Part shown: one piece after another, positions 7,389-15,387 of the stretch | How positions within the stretch are numbered: the stretch's first letter is position 1 | How the letters are laid out: each line of letters begins with the position of its first letter | IMG/VR virus record: IMGVR_UViG_3300035548_000135 | Coordinates: 1-36,581 of that record | Length of the DNA stretch: 36,581 bases | Direction: 5' to 3' (one strand) | From: a virus | Lineage: Duplodnaviria; Caudoviricetes | Notes under the pieces: model-generated | Told to the model about the DNA's origin: nothing | The model's input: only the letters and a program-made list of their open reading frames with translations | Database searches by the model: none | Program-made: the position numbers and the translations under genes

Positions 7389-7745
7389 TTATTCCTCAAT
7401 AGAGCTAAATGGCATATGTAGTTCTTTGCAGACAAACGGAATCCAGAGATCATGAAGGACACCTGCACCCACAAGATATGTTGTTGAAAGCTGATTTAGT
7501 TGTTCAAGGTAGTTTGTATATGATTCAAGTTCCTGTATTTCTTTTAGAAACATATATTCTCCTATTAGCCAACAACTCAAAAAATGATGGCGGTCATTAT
7601 CTCCTGTTCGTGCCTCTCGTTCAAGTACCGCATCTGCCGCTTCATATAATAGATTTGATTTCATTTCGGAAACCGATTTCATAAAATTGGCAAAAAACAA
7701 AAGACTTTCATTTACTTTTTTAAAGCTTAAAGGATCCATCATCAT
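7389..7745 (-). CDS. Hypothetical protein
   Basis: GAGGT RBS; tiling ORF. Confidence 0.65.
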   Translation of the reverse strand: MMMDPLSFKKVNESLLFFANFMKSVSEMKSNLLYEAADAVLEREARTGDNDRHHFLSCWLIGEYMFLKEIQELESYTNYLEQLNQLSTTYLVGAGVLHDLWIPFVCKELHMPFSSIEE

Positions 7746-8015
7746 ACCTCAAAGTTAGAATGTTGTGTTTCAGGTTCCTCAATAAATATATAATCTATGG
7801 CCGTCCAGCCCTCTTTGTGTTTCTGCAATATTATCTCCCAAAAATCATAAGCGTCATTGTAGGGGATATTTTTCAATCCCCCGTCGCTTACCCTGAACAT
7901 TATTTTTCCCGGCATGTCATCTTCTCCAGTGCTTCGATCCGTTTTTCAAGTTTGGCTATTTCCAATTTCAAAAGTGTTATATCATCCATTTTAATTTCCC
8001 TTTTTGGTTGTTAGA

Positions 8016-8321
8016 TCATCGTTCGGAAGGAATATCAAATTCAAGATTATTTATTCTCCTGATTTTTTCAAGTTCCTCTCTGGCTTCGAGTGCCTGTGCT
8101 TTATGTGTCCTGCTTGTTATTTCAGAATGCACGAAAACAAGAAAATAATCCTTTTCAGCAAGATCGAGATCCATAAACCAGCGGACACTATCTACTTCTG
8201 TAGACAGTTTTGGTACTTCCTTGTCAAGAAGAACACACCATTTATTAACTAATTCATTTCTAACAGTCGGTTCTTGGTCGCAAAACTTTTTATAAAAATA
8301 GAAAAAGCTTTTGGGTTCCAT
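8016..8321 (-). CDS. Hypothetical protein
   Basis: GGAGG RBS; TAATG overlap with the upstream gene. Confidence 0.65.
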   Translation of the reverse strand: MEPKSFFYFYKKFCDQEPTVRNELVNKWCVLLDKEVPKLSTEVDSVRWFMDLDLAEKDYFLVFVHSEITSRTHKAQALEAREELEKIRRINNLEFDIPSER

Positions 8322-8719
8322 TAATAACCCTCCTGTTCCCTAATAATATTATAGCAATCGTTTGCTATAGCTTTAAAAAAATCTCTTATGTCTGTTGCTT
8401 CGACCTGATTGGTCTCAGCATATTCAAACAGTTCAAACAACATGTATTCTATGTTGTCCACAATATCCTCATCGAGTGCGAGGTTTAATGTAATTTTATT
8501 TCTTTCAATCTCTTTTTCTATGTCTTTTTGGATTCTTAGAAGTGTTTTATCACCATATTTTTGTCCGATATATGATGCGCATTGAACTGCATCGTCCATT
8601 AGATTCCATGCAAGATCTAACTTTTCTTCGTCAGTAAACGGAAGGGGTTCCCCTTCTTCTTCCTTAAAATGACTCTCTTCTTCAAGAGTCATTTCTACTT
8701 CCTCGATTTTTCGTTTCAT
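8321..8719 (-). CDS. Acidic hypothetical protein
   Basis: First gene after the 8738-8773 promoter; Glu/Asp-rich. Confidence 0.7.
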   Translation of the reverse strand: MKRKIEEVEMTLEEESHFKEEEGEPLPFTDEEKLDLAWNLMDDAVQCASYIGQKYGDKTLLRIQKDIEKEIERNKITLNLALDEDIVDNIEYMLFELFEYAETNQVEATDIRDFFKAIANDCYNIIREQEGY

Positions 8720-8737
8720 AATATCCCTCTTGACTTA

Positions 8738-8773
8738 ATATTAATATATAGCTTCTATTATTTAAATCTTTTT
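8738..8773 (-). promoter_or_regulatory. BRE-TATA promoter, 36-bp repeat copy 2
   Basis: AAAAAGATTTAAATAATAGAAGCTATATATTAATAT; one mismatch to 3800-3835. Confidence 0.8.
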
Positions 8774-9019
8774 GTTGGCGGGGACAATTAGCGATGTGTC
8801 GAATTTGTCTGGAAAGGCGTTATGTAGATGTGTTGCTTCGTCCTTTGATTCAAGCTCAACAAACAATGAGATCTCGTGGCTTCTGAATACCGCCGTTATA
8901 TGAAGCTTCATCGGCTGGTCGACTGTTACCGTGAAATCTGTTTCGTTTAGAAATGCGATAAATCCGACCATGTTCATATTTATTGGATCCAGTCCGCAAC
9001 TGCTATATGACTTCATCAT
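8762..9019 (-). CDS. Hypothetical protein, probably leaderless
   Basis: TATA-like TATATAAA about 25 nt upstream of the ATG; no SD. Confidence 0.6.
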   Translation of the reverse strand: MMKSYSSCGLDPINMNMVGFIAFLNETDFTVTVDQPMKLHITAVFRSHEISLFVELESKDEATHLHNAFPDKFDTSLIVPANKKI

Positions 9020-9053
9020 ATATATATATTATATTTGATATTTATATAGTTTA

Positions 9054-9977
9054 TTATTCAAAGAACTTATCCGGTGTGTGTTCGTTGAATCCTGTGATCG
9101 TCTTGTCTAAGATAAGGGCAAATCCGTTATTCCATGCTGGAGCGGTACTGCTATGAAGCGCATAATAATCAATCTTTGTCCTGTCGTATACCCCTCCGCA
9201 TTCCATTGCAACGAATGTGTTGCTTCTGTCAAACGTGAAACAGTACCTATGCGTGTGTCCCATGACTATGTTGGATAGGTATTTGGAACAAAGGTCTCGT
9301 GGGATCTTTCCCGGAATTATCGAATGGTTGCGTGGATGGCATATTCTTGTATTGGTGTCCGTGTGAATGCAGTAATCAAATTCGCTTATTTTTATTTTCA
9401 TATCAGGGCATACATAATCAAAAAAGAATTTCAAATCGAACTGATAGTCAAAGTATCGTGGAAGCCGGACATCATGGTTTCCTTGAATAAAATATATTTC
9501 GTTAAAGCGATCCAGAAAATGATTAAAGACTTCCCGTGCGGTCGTCATTTCAAGCAAAAGCGTGTGCTGTTTGTCTTGGCATCCAAAAGATGAAATGCTT
9601 TTCGCATCAAAGAAGTCTCCGGCAACAATGCACTTTTTAATGTCGTAGTTTTCTGCTATTTTGTTCGCCTTGTTTAGCCAGTCCAATGAAAAAAATGGAA
9701 TGTGAAAATCGGAAAGGATGAGCGCATCACCCGAAACCTCAAGGAACGAATTGTATTTTTTCTGTTCGTGGTCTGCGGCCGCTAATTGTGTGAGATGATG
9801 ATAGGCTTTTTTTGTTTTGTTATAAGAAAGACCGAATTCCTTTGCCCGTCGTTGTAATGTCCTTCTGGAAATTCTTGTGCCGTTGTTGCGCAGATGTGCC
9901 TCCACTCGTGATAGGCAGCCGTTATATCGTTCCAATAATGTTTCGAGTTGCGGTTTGGATAAAGCAACTCGTGGCAT
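9054..9977 (-). CDS. Calcineurin-like metallophosphoesterase with N-terminal HTH-like region
   Basis: SDFH, AGDFFD, QGNHD, CHP and GHTH motifs; N-terminal ISRRTLQRRAKEFGL helix. Confidence 0.88.
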   Translation of the reverse strand: MPRVALSKPQLETLLERYNGCLSRVEAHLRNNGTRISRRTLQRRAKEFGLSYNKTKKAYHHLTQLAAADHEQKKYNSFLEVSGDALILSDFHIPFFSLDWLNKANKIAENYDIKKCIVAGDFFDAKSISSFGCQDKQHTLLLEMTTAREVFNHFLDRFNEIYFIQGNHDVRLPRYFDYQFDLKFFFDYVCPDMKIKISEFDYCIHTDTNTRICHPRNHSIIPGKIPRDLCSKYLSNIVMGHTHRYCFTFDRSNTFVAMECGGVYDRTKIDYYALHSSTAPAWNNGFALILDKTITGFNEHTPDKFFE

Positions 9978-10009
9978 GGGTTATGTTAACAAAAGTTAAT
10001 TTAAATAGT

Positions 10010-10153
10010 TTACTCCTTTTTATATAAATCCGCCTGTTTAAATTCGTTAAACGAGTTATAATAACATTTTTTATGCATTCTGCCTAAAAATTCAGAATGA
10101 ATATATTCGTCGGTCTCATGTATCTCTTTTTCACAATACGGACATATATGCAT
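10010..10153 (-). CDS. 47-aa zinc-finger protein
   Basis: MHICPYCEKEI...MHKKCY (CxxC...HxxC); AGGTGA RBS. Not in the ORF track. Confidence 0.6.
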   Translation of the reverse strand: MHICPYCEKEIHETDEYIHSEFLGRMHKKCYYNSFNEFKQADLYKKE

Positions 10154-10438
10154 TTATTCACCTAACATGTTTAATAGTGTTTTAAAGTTCTTATCATAAT
10201 TGCTTAGAACAATTCTTAGTATATTGAAGTCTAATTCTGTAGGATTTTTGATATATAGAAATGTATTCTCTTTTTCGTCAATTACCGGAAATGCGGCGTC
10301 TATCTTATCTGGTTCTATGATTTTTTCGAGGTCGTTTATTATCTGTTGGAGTTCGTCTTTTGTCGTAATCAAACATGCCATTATTTGCGTGGAACATACC
10401 TTAATCTTTATCACCGTGTCCTTTATCTGAAATAGCAT
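10154..10438 (-). CDS. Hypothetical protein
   Basis: Tiling ORF. Confidence 0.55.
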   Translation of the reverse strand: MLFQIKDTVIKIKVCSTQIMACLITTKDELQQIINDLEKIIEPDKIDAAFPVIDEKENTFLYIKNPTELDFNILRIVLSNYDKNFKTLLNMLGE

Positions 10439-10892
10439 CTGGTTCGAATAACGGAAGCCGTGGCGGCCTTCGTGGAAAGATCGCCATGTATTCGAACCCT
10501 ATTTGGCTCCAGTCCTGTTTTTTCTCATCGAGTGAGGTCTTGTCCTCGCTTACCGCAACTTCGATTATAAGGCCTCTCGTGAAGTCTACGACATCCGCCC
10601 TTCTTGTTTTTCCGTTTATCTCCTTTGAACATTCTGTTGCAAACTTATATCCTTGTGATTTTAGTTCTTTGCAGATCTTGAAGATAGTCCAGTCATGCTC
10701 ATCTGTATGGGTTGTGGTTATGGATATCTTGTCAAACACTATTCGTTCTGTTCCGTTGTTCGTAAAATATCGGATGTTTGCATTTTCCTGAATCTGCCTT
10801 TCCCGTTTATTCATGGATGTTCCTCTTGTTTCTGACCTCTTTCCAAAACTCTCGCTGGTGTTGTTTCCAGATGGTATAATGCTTCTTTGCAT
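10401..10892 (-). CDS. PD-(D/E)xK-like endonuclease (likely start MNKRE near 10814)
   Basis: H...L...GY..ATE...RRADVV...IIEV pattern. Confidence 0.65.
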   Translation of the reverse strand: MQRSIIPSGNNTSESFGKRSETRGTSMNKRERQIQENANIRYFTNNGTERIVFDKISITTTHTDEHDWTIFKICKELKSQGYKFATECSKEINGKTRRADVVDFTRGLIIEVAVSEDKTSLDEKKQDWSQIGFEYMAIFPRRPPRLPLFEPDAISDKGHGDKD

Positions 10893-11106
10893 GAGGCTGG
10901 GCTGACTTGGAAAAATGGTTTAGTTTAGACGTAATAGAGTGGCGTTTGCCTTGTTCTGCATTTGTGAGCGGTTCCATGTTGTTCTCGACCATGTAGGTTC
11001 TTAATGAGCTTGTTGTCGTGTGTAATATTTTTGCCATTTCGTTCATAGTATAATAAGGCGGAAAAAAATAAAGAGAGATAATATCCGCTTGCTTCAAGGT
11101 TGTCAT
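10807..11106 (-). CDS. HTH-containing hypothetical protein
   Basis: YTMNEMAKILHTTTSSLRTYM helix-turn-helix pattern. Confidence 0.6.
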   Translation of the reverse strand: MTTLKQADIISLYFFPPYYTMNEMAKILHTTTSSLRTYMVENNMEPLTNAEQGKRHSITSKLNHFSKSAQPHAKKHYTIWKQHQREFWKEVRNKRNIHE

Positions 11107-11110
11107 TGTA

Positions 11111-11803
11111 TCACTTAAATGTGTATCCTCGTTTTATTAGGTCTTCCAATATGGTTCTGATTAGGTCTTCGGAAACTGTCGGTTGTGCTGTCATTTTATC
11201 TTTGGCTTCCTCATCGAAAACCTCATGGTTTATTAGGTTTCCCTGTGCATCGTATTGTTTTGTTTCGACCGTTGTAGTTCCAGTTACGGTTGTTCCAGAC
11301 GGGGAAGTACTATACGAGCTGTGGTCTGCATCGAATATCCTGCCTTGTGCATCTACCTGCCATTCTGCATCGGGTGTTCCGAACGTATCAAACTCCAACC
11401 TGTCACCGTGGATCTCACTCATTTCGTTTCGTGGGCGGTTCGATTCATCTGCTGTTATCGGAGTGTCGCCCTTTACGATCACCTTTATCAAAAACTTGTC
11501 TTCAACATAGGTTCCGGGTTCTATATCTGTCCAGTCGATCCTGCTGGTAAGCACTCCATCGAGAGGACACCAGAATCTCTTTAATCGAATTACCGGATAT
11601 GTTATTTCACTGTCGTATGGATCGTATACCATTTGCACGCCGGACGGGATCACGCTTTCAGAAACAAGCAGTTTTGGGCTTGTTCCATAGAATTTCAAAT
11701 CATGCAGAATTTCCCTTCTATGATATGGCTTTTCCATCTCGGCATTTGCTATTATCCTGTCGTGGTACATCTGGTTGCATCTGTTTATTCCGCTACATGC
11801 CAT
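11111..11803 (-). CDS. Hypothetical protein
   Basis: 230-aa tiling ORF with GGAGA RBS; no family recognised. Confidence 0.75.
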   Translation of the reverse strand: MACSGINRCNQMYHDRIIANAEMEKPYHRREILHDLKFYGTSPKLLVSESVIPSGVQMVYDPYDSEITYPVIRLKRFWCPLDGVLTSRIDWTDIEPGTYVEDKFLIKVIVKGDTPITADESNRPRNEMSEIHGDRLEFDTFGTPDAEWQVDAQGRIFDADHSSYSTSPSGTTVTGTTTVETKQYDAQGNLINHEVFDEEAKDKMTAQPTVSEDLIRTILEDLIKRGYTFK

Positions 11804-11986
11804 TTAATCATCTCCGTTGTTTGTTCTTGATTTCCCGAAATAATATGCCATTATATCCACACCGAATATTCCAACGAACCAATCCGGAACTGGATACTGG
11901 TTGCATAACATATAACTCACTGTCAATGTTAGAACCACCGTTACAAAATATCGCCCGGACATGAGTTTTGCAATATATAGATTCAT
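11804..11986 (-). CDS. Two-TM holin-like small membrane protein
   Basis: Two hydrophobic segments ending in YYFGKSR. Confidence 0.55.
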   Translation of the reverse strand: MNLYIAKLMSGRYFVTVVLTLTVSYMLCNQYPVPDWFVGIFGVDIMAYYFGKSRTNNGDD

Positions 11987-12171
11987 GTTAGCACCTGTTC
12001 TAATTCTTGTGTGCTGACTGCCATTATTCGTTTTACATAATGGTTGAACAATATTCGGTCAATGTTGTGTTTCATAAGAAGCTGTGCAAGTTTCTTATCT
12101 TCCGGCCGGATTTGATTTGTTTCCCAAAGGTAGCGCAGGCTTAAAAATGTTTGTCCTATTTTTTCTCCCAT
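11983..12171 (-). CDS. Hypothetical protein
   Basis: G-rich RBS; ATGA overlap with the next gene. Confidence 0.6.
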   Translation of the reverse strand: MGEKIGQTFLSLRYLWETNQIRPEDKKLAQLLMKHNIDRILFNHYVKRIMAVSTQELEQVLT

Positions 12172-12183
12172 GATAACCCCCCC

Positions 12184-12429
12184 TTAATCTGTATAGCCTC
12201 TTAATAGGAGTTCGTTGTCTGTCTTTAGATCGTTTATTTTCCAATGTAGTCTTTGTCTTTCTTCTGTTAGTTTTTGTATCGTTTGCTCATTTAAATGCAG
12301 TATTCTTTGCTCGAAAATAAGAAGGTCTATAAGTTCTTCTTTGCTTAAATTTTCGAGTGTCTTTCTAAATGCTTCTTGTGTGTTCAATATACTTCCTCCT
12401 TGTAGCCGAAGCCCGAGCAGTAAACACAA
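12184..12429 (-). CDS. Coiled-coil protein (likely TTG start near 12387)
   Basis: LENLSKEELIDL plus heptads; GGAGG RBS before TTG. Confidence 0.6.
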   Translation of the reverse strand: MCLLLGLRLQGGSILNTQEAFRKTLENLSKEELIDLLIFEQRILHLNEQTIQKLTEERQRLHWKINDLKTDNELLLRGYTD

Positions 12430-12599
12430 TCACATGAGAACATCTGTCTGAGAGTTCCGTGCGTGTACCATCCGGTTCCTTTACAAACGGGACATTTTCT
12501 CAATGTTCCTGCATGGCGTTTTCCCCATTGCCCGACTGTTTCCCTATATTCTATATCCCACCAATTTGGTCTTATTTTTTCTTGATTGCAAGCTAACAT
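12384..12599 (-). CDS. DnaJ-type zinc-finger protein
   Basis: CPVCKGTG and CVYCSGFG (two CxxCxGxG motifs). Confidence 0.7.
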   Translation of the reverse strand: MLACNQEKIRPNWWDIEYRETVGQWGKRHAGTLRKCPVCKGTGWYTHGTLRQMFSCDCVYCSGFGYKEEVY

Positions 12600-12621
12600 A
12601 TTTTACACCAGATATAACATA

Positions 12622-12888
12622 TTAATAACACGCCTCTTTCCATCCAAGACCAGAACAATAAGGGCAACATACATACGGATATGAATTTTCACCAATTCGA
12701 TTAAAGTTATTGTCATATATTGAGATAGTTACTGGTATTGGTGTTTTGTTCATATCTGCGCCCAGACCATGGCATGCAGGACATTCCCTAACATATTTAC
12801 ATTTTTCATGCATTTTTTTATTTGTATATTCCACTAATAATGCATATAACTCATAACATTTATTCACAAGTTCCTTTTCAGCTTTCAT
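12622..12888 (-). CDS. DnaJ-type zinc-finger protein, paralog of 12384-12599
   Basis: CPACHGLG and CPYCSGLG. Confidence 0.7.
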   Translation of the reverse strand: MKAEKELVNKCYELYALLVEYTNKKMHEKCKYVRECPACHGLGADMNKTPIPVTISIYDNNFNRIGENSYPYVCCPYCSGLGWKEACY

Positions 12889-13051
12889 TCCTCATCCCAC
12901 ACATCATCTTCTTCATTATCCCATATTTCTAGCAACTCAGCGTCAAGATAGGATGCATAATATTCATACATTTTCTGGTCGTGTATTTTCTGGAGTTCCA
13001 CGTTGCACAACTCAATTATTTTTAATAATATTTTTTCTATATCTTCATCAT

Positions 13052-13351
13052 TCATTCTACTACCTCACATAATTGCGGCTCTCCGCATCTGTCAATAATT
13101 ATTTTATACAGTTTTTTTCCAATAAGAAGATTGAACGGGATTGAGTCGTCTACATTAATGTAAGGTGTGGTGAATTTCATGTCTGGGTGAAAATTAAGGT
13201 TTGCACCCTCGTCTGTATTAATGTTGATTATCGCATCCTTATTCTCATACGTCAGCGTGTGTTCCATGCAGGTCATTTGATCTTCTTCCTGGGTATGAAT
13301 TCCGGATGATATTTTTCGAGACACCATGTGGGATAATGTTCTTCCATCCAT
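13052..13351 (-). CDS. Hypothetical protein (likely start MTCMEH)
   Basis: Tiling ORF; start uncertain. Confidence 0.55.
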   Translation of the reverse strand: MDGRTLSHMVSRKISSGIHTQEEDQMTCMEHTLTYENKDAIININTDEGANLNFHPDMKFTTPYINVDDSIPFNLLIGKKLYKIIIDRCGEPQLCEVVE

Positions 13352-13473
13352 TTTACCTCTCTTACAAATCCTAACATAAGCTTACCTTCATTCGACCATC
13401 TCTTCATATAATCTGCAAAACAGACCATAGCATTCTGGATTTTCCATCTTAAACAGTTCGGATAATTCGGCAT
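13273..13473 (-). CDS. Hypothetical protein (start probably downstream of 13473)
   Basis: Fills the gap after the 13388 gene; ATGA overlap with the likely start of the next gene. Confidence 0.4.
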   Translation of the reverse strand: MPNYPNCLRWKIQNAMVCFADYMKRWSNEGKLMLGFVREVKWMEEHYPTWCLEKYHPEFIPRKKIK

Positions 13474-13807
13474 CGGACAAATTGAAGTCTGATTTTATTT
13501 TGTTTAAAACGGGTTGTATGTTTCCGGATCTGAACACATAGGGTGTTAACTGTCGTATGTTTGTCCGTAGCTGTTCGTTGTTATGTGCATTTAGTTCGGT
13601 TCTTTTGTATTTTAATTTCGCCACTATTTTTACTAATTTTTCTATTTCGCCTTCATAGAATACTATTAGCTCATCGATGTTTTTAGAATTCGGTTCCAAC
13701 GAAAAGGACCTGTTAAGCCGCCGTTCTATTTCACGGGAAAGATTAGGATATTTTTCAAGCTTACTTAGAAGCCGTTCATCGAGTGTTATGCTTTTCTGTT
13801 TTTTCAT
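13388..13807 (-). CDS. Ribbon-helix-helix plus coiled-coil protein
   Basis: KQKSITLDERLL...NLSREIERRL RHH pattern. Confidence 0.7.
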   Translation of the reverse strand: MKKQKSITLDERLLSKLEKYPNLSREIERRLNRSFSLEPNSKNIDELIVFYEGEIEKLVKIVAKLKYKRTELNAHNNEQLRTNIRQLTPYVFRSGNIQPVLNKIKSDFNLSDAELSELFKMENPECYGLFCRLYEEMVE

Positions 13808-14061
13808 TGTGCAACATCCTGAAGCTTATGCAGTTTGTATTTCAAAAGCGCGATCTCTCCGTGGAGTTCAAGTATCTCATTTGCATATAGTTTTATCGTA
13901 AGCCGGATCTGGTCTTCTGTTTCCGGCCGGTTGTATTTCAAAAGCCTATATGTTATCGCTTGTTCTATTTCATGTGATGCATTGTCAGATTCTTTTAAAA
14001 GATCATTGATCCTTTTATCAAGACTAATTGTTCTTTTCTCCTTCATATATTTAATTAGCAC
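13804..14061 (-). CDS. Ribbon-helix-helix plus coiled-coil protein (likely start MKEK, 14046)
   Basis: EKRTISLDKRI...NASHEIEQAI; similar to the downstream gene. Confidence 0.7.
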   Translation of the reverse strand: MLIKYMKEKRTISLDKRINDLLKESDNASHEIEQAITYRLLKYNRPETEDQIRLTIKLYANEILELHGEIALLKYKLHKLQDVAQ

Positions 14062-14086
14062 TACTAATATATATATTTTATTGTTG

Positions 14087-14377
14087 TTTAGGTCGCCCTA
14101 AAAGATAATATAAATTGGCGATTTATATTATGTTTTCAAAATATCATGGAAATACCTCAAAAAAGCCCTTTTACCTACTGTTAAAACTTCAATAAAGTAT
14201 TTAAATCTAAAAAATCATATATAATTAGGTGTGTTTAATTAATAGCATAATAATACTAATTATTATGTGTGTTAATCGATTTTTGAAACATATTATGTTT
14301 TCGTGATTTATATTATGTTTTAGGTAACCCTAAACTGCTAAAGGTGTGAAAACATATTATGTTTTAGGGCTTCCTAA
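14087..14377. repeat. AT-rich region with palindromes and direct repeats; putative origin/operator array
   Basis: TTAGG-N4-CCTAA at 14088, 14320, 14364; GATTTATATTATGTTTT at 14120 and 14305; palindromic AAACATA-T-TATGTTT at 14286 and 14350. Confidence 0.75.
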
Positions 14378-14392
14378 CATTTTATGGGTTTC

Positions 14393-14426
14393 AAAAAAGT
14401 GAGGTGGGTTATGAAAGACCCACCCC
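14393..14426 (-). terminator. Hairpin plus U-tract
   Basis: Minus strand GGGGTGGGT-ctttcata-ACCCACCTC then ACTTTTTT. Confidence 0.6.
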
Positions 14427-14470
14427 GAAGGTGCTTATGAAGCTGAGATTTAGTGTACTTTTTAAGATAG

Positions 14471-14526
14471 TGTGGGGATTGTTTTTTGAGGAGGTGAGAA
14501 AAGTAAAGGCTCCCCACAGGCCTTTA
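14471..14526 (-). ncRNA. Predicted H-type pseudoknot RNA element with an anti-SD loop
   Basis: Stem 1: 14520-14526 with 14504-14510 (7 bp). Stem 2: 14511-14518 with 14471-14478 (8 bp). Loop 3 contains UCACCUCCUC. Confidence 0.55.
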
Positions 14527-14532
14527 TTACAG

Positions 14533-15105
14533 TTATTTTTGGGTGTGGCCTACGTTTATATACATCATTCCTTTTGAGCTTGTATTCGTGTTGAGAAACA
14601 GTTCACGATTTTCGCTGTCTGTTCCTATTGGTTTCCCAGCATACTTTTCAACGAATGCTGAAAGAACTTGATCGTCTATATCCTCGAAATGTTCAACGAT
14701 CCAATTGAACGTTAATCCATACTGGCCATACCTTAGTTTGTTCTGGTTTCTTGCTCGCTCGAATCCTCGTGTAAACAGATCTACCAGTTTGTCTTCCGGG
14801 TCGGTGTTTGGCCGTTCAGAAGCATTCGTTTGAGGAGAACCTAAGCCTTTATAGTACTGTAGTTTTTGTTCTCGTTCTTGCTTTTCAAGATTGAATCGTT
14901 CCTTCTGAAATAGATCTATAAGGATTCTCTCATAGATCTTATAGGCAGTATCAAGGATCCCCACATATTCTGCAGGGTCCTTTGTTCGTTCCCGTGCAAA
15001 CTTGTCAAACAAGTCAAGCACTTCAAGCGTGTCGAAAGCGACACTATCGAAATTGGAGTCTTCCAACTTCATTTCTTCCACTTCTACATCTTTCAAGGTT
15101 GTCAT
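14533..15105 (-). CDS. Hypothetical protein
   Basis: 190-aa ORF with AGGTG RBS; no family recognised. Confidence 0.75.
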   Translation of the reverse strand: MTTLKDVEVEEMKLEDSNFDSVAFDTLEVLDLFDKFARERTKDPAEYVGILDTAYKIYERILIDLFQKERFNLEKQEREQKLQYYKGLGSPQTNASERPNTDPEDKLVDLFTRGFERARNQNKLRYGQYGLTFNWIVEHFEDIDDQVLSAFVEKYAGKPIGTDSENRELFLNTNTSSKGMMYINVGHTQK

Positions 15106-15108
15106 AAC

Positions 15109-15348
15109 TTACACCTTTTCAAAATAGATCGTGTACTTCTTTCCTTCTTTTAATTTCTTTAGGTTTGCCTTTCTTGTGAAGATCATGGCAAACTCCTTAT
15201 ATATTTTGAATGAACCCAATTTTTTTTCAAGGTCGGGCTTTGAAATTATTATTTCCCCTTGAAACTCCTCGTATTTAAGTGCATCCTTTTTTGGTATCTG
15301 GAATGCTGCTCCAGTACCATGTTTTCGAAATGTCCCCTGAAGTTCCAT
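15109..15348 (-). CDS. AbrB/SpoVT-like swapped-hairpin DNA-binding protein, probably leaderless
   Basis: FRKHGTGAAFQIPK start and LKEGKKYTIYFE end; TATA about 25 nt upstream. Confidence 0.55.
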   Translation of the reverse strand: MELQGTFRKHGTGAAFQIPKKDALKYEEFQGEIIISKPDLEKKLGSFKIYKEFAMIFTRKANLKKLKEGKKYTIYFEKV

Positions 15349-15367
15349 ATATATTTATATAGTGTTT

Positions 15368-15385
15368 CTTATATATAAATGTTTT
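15368..15385 (-). promoter_or_regulatory. BRE-TATA promoter
   Basis: AAAACATTTATATATAAG, identical to 1710-1727. Confidence 0.7.
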
Positions 15386-15387
15386 TA

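Noticed and set aside
14471-14526. Pseudoknot as a preQ1 riboswitch
   Set aside because: Tempting given the que genes and A-rich loop, but the loop residues of known preQ1 classes are not evident and it lies 3' of an unrelated gene, far from the que operon.
14062-14532. tRNA gene or attachment site in the large intergenic region
   Set aside because: No cloverleaf or T-loop consensus was seen and no integrase is encoded.
14527-14545. Pseudoknot as a readthrough or -1 frameshift stimulator for the 190-aa gene
   Set aside because: A second in-frame TAA follows one codon after the stop, and CCCAAAA is not in the X_XXY_YYZ phase.
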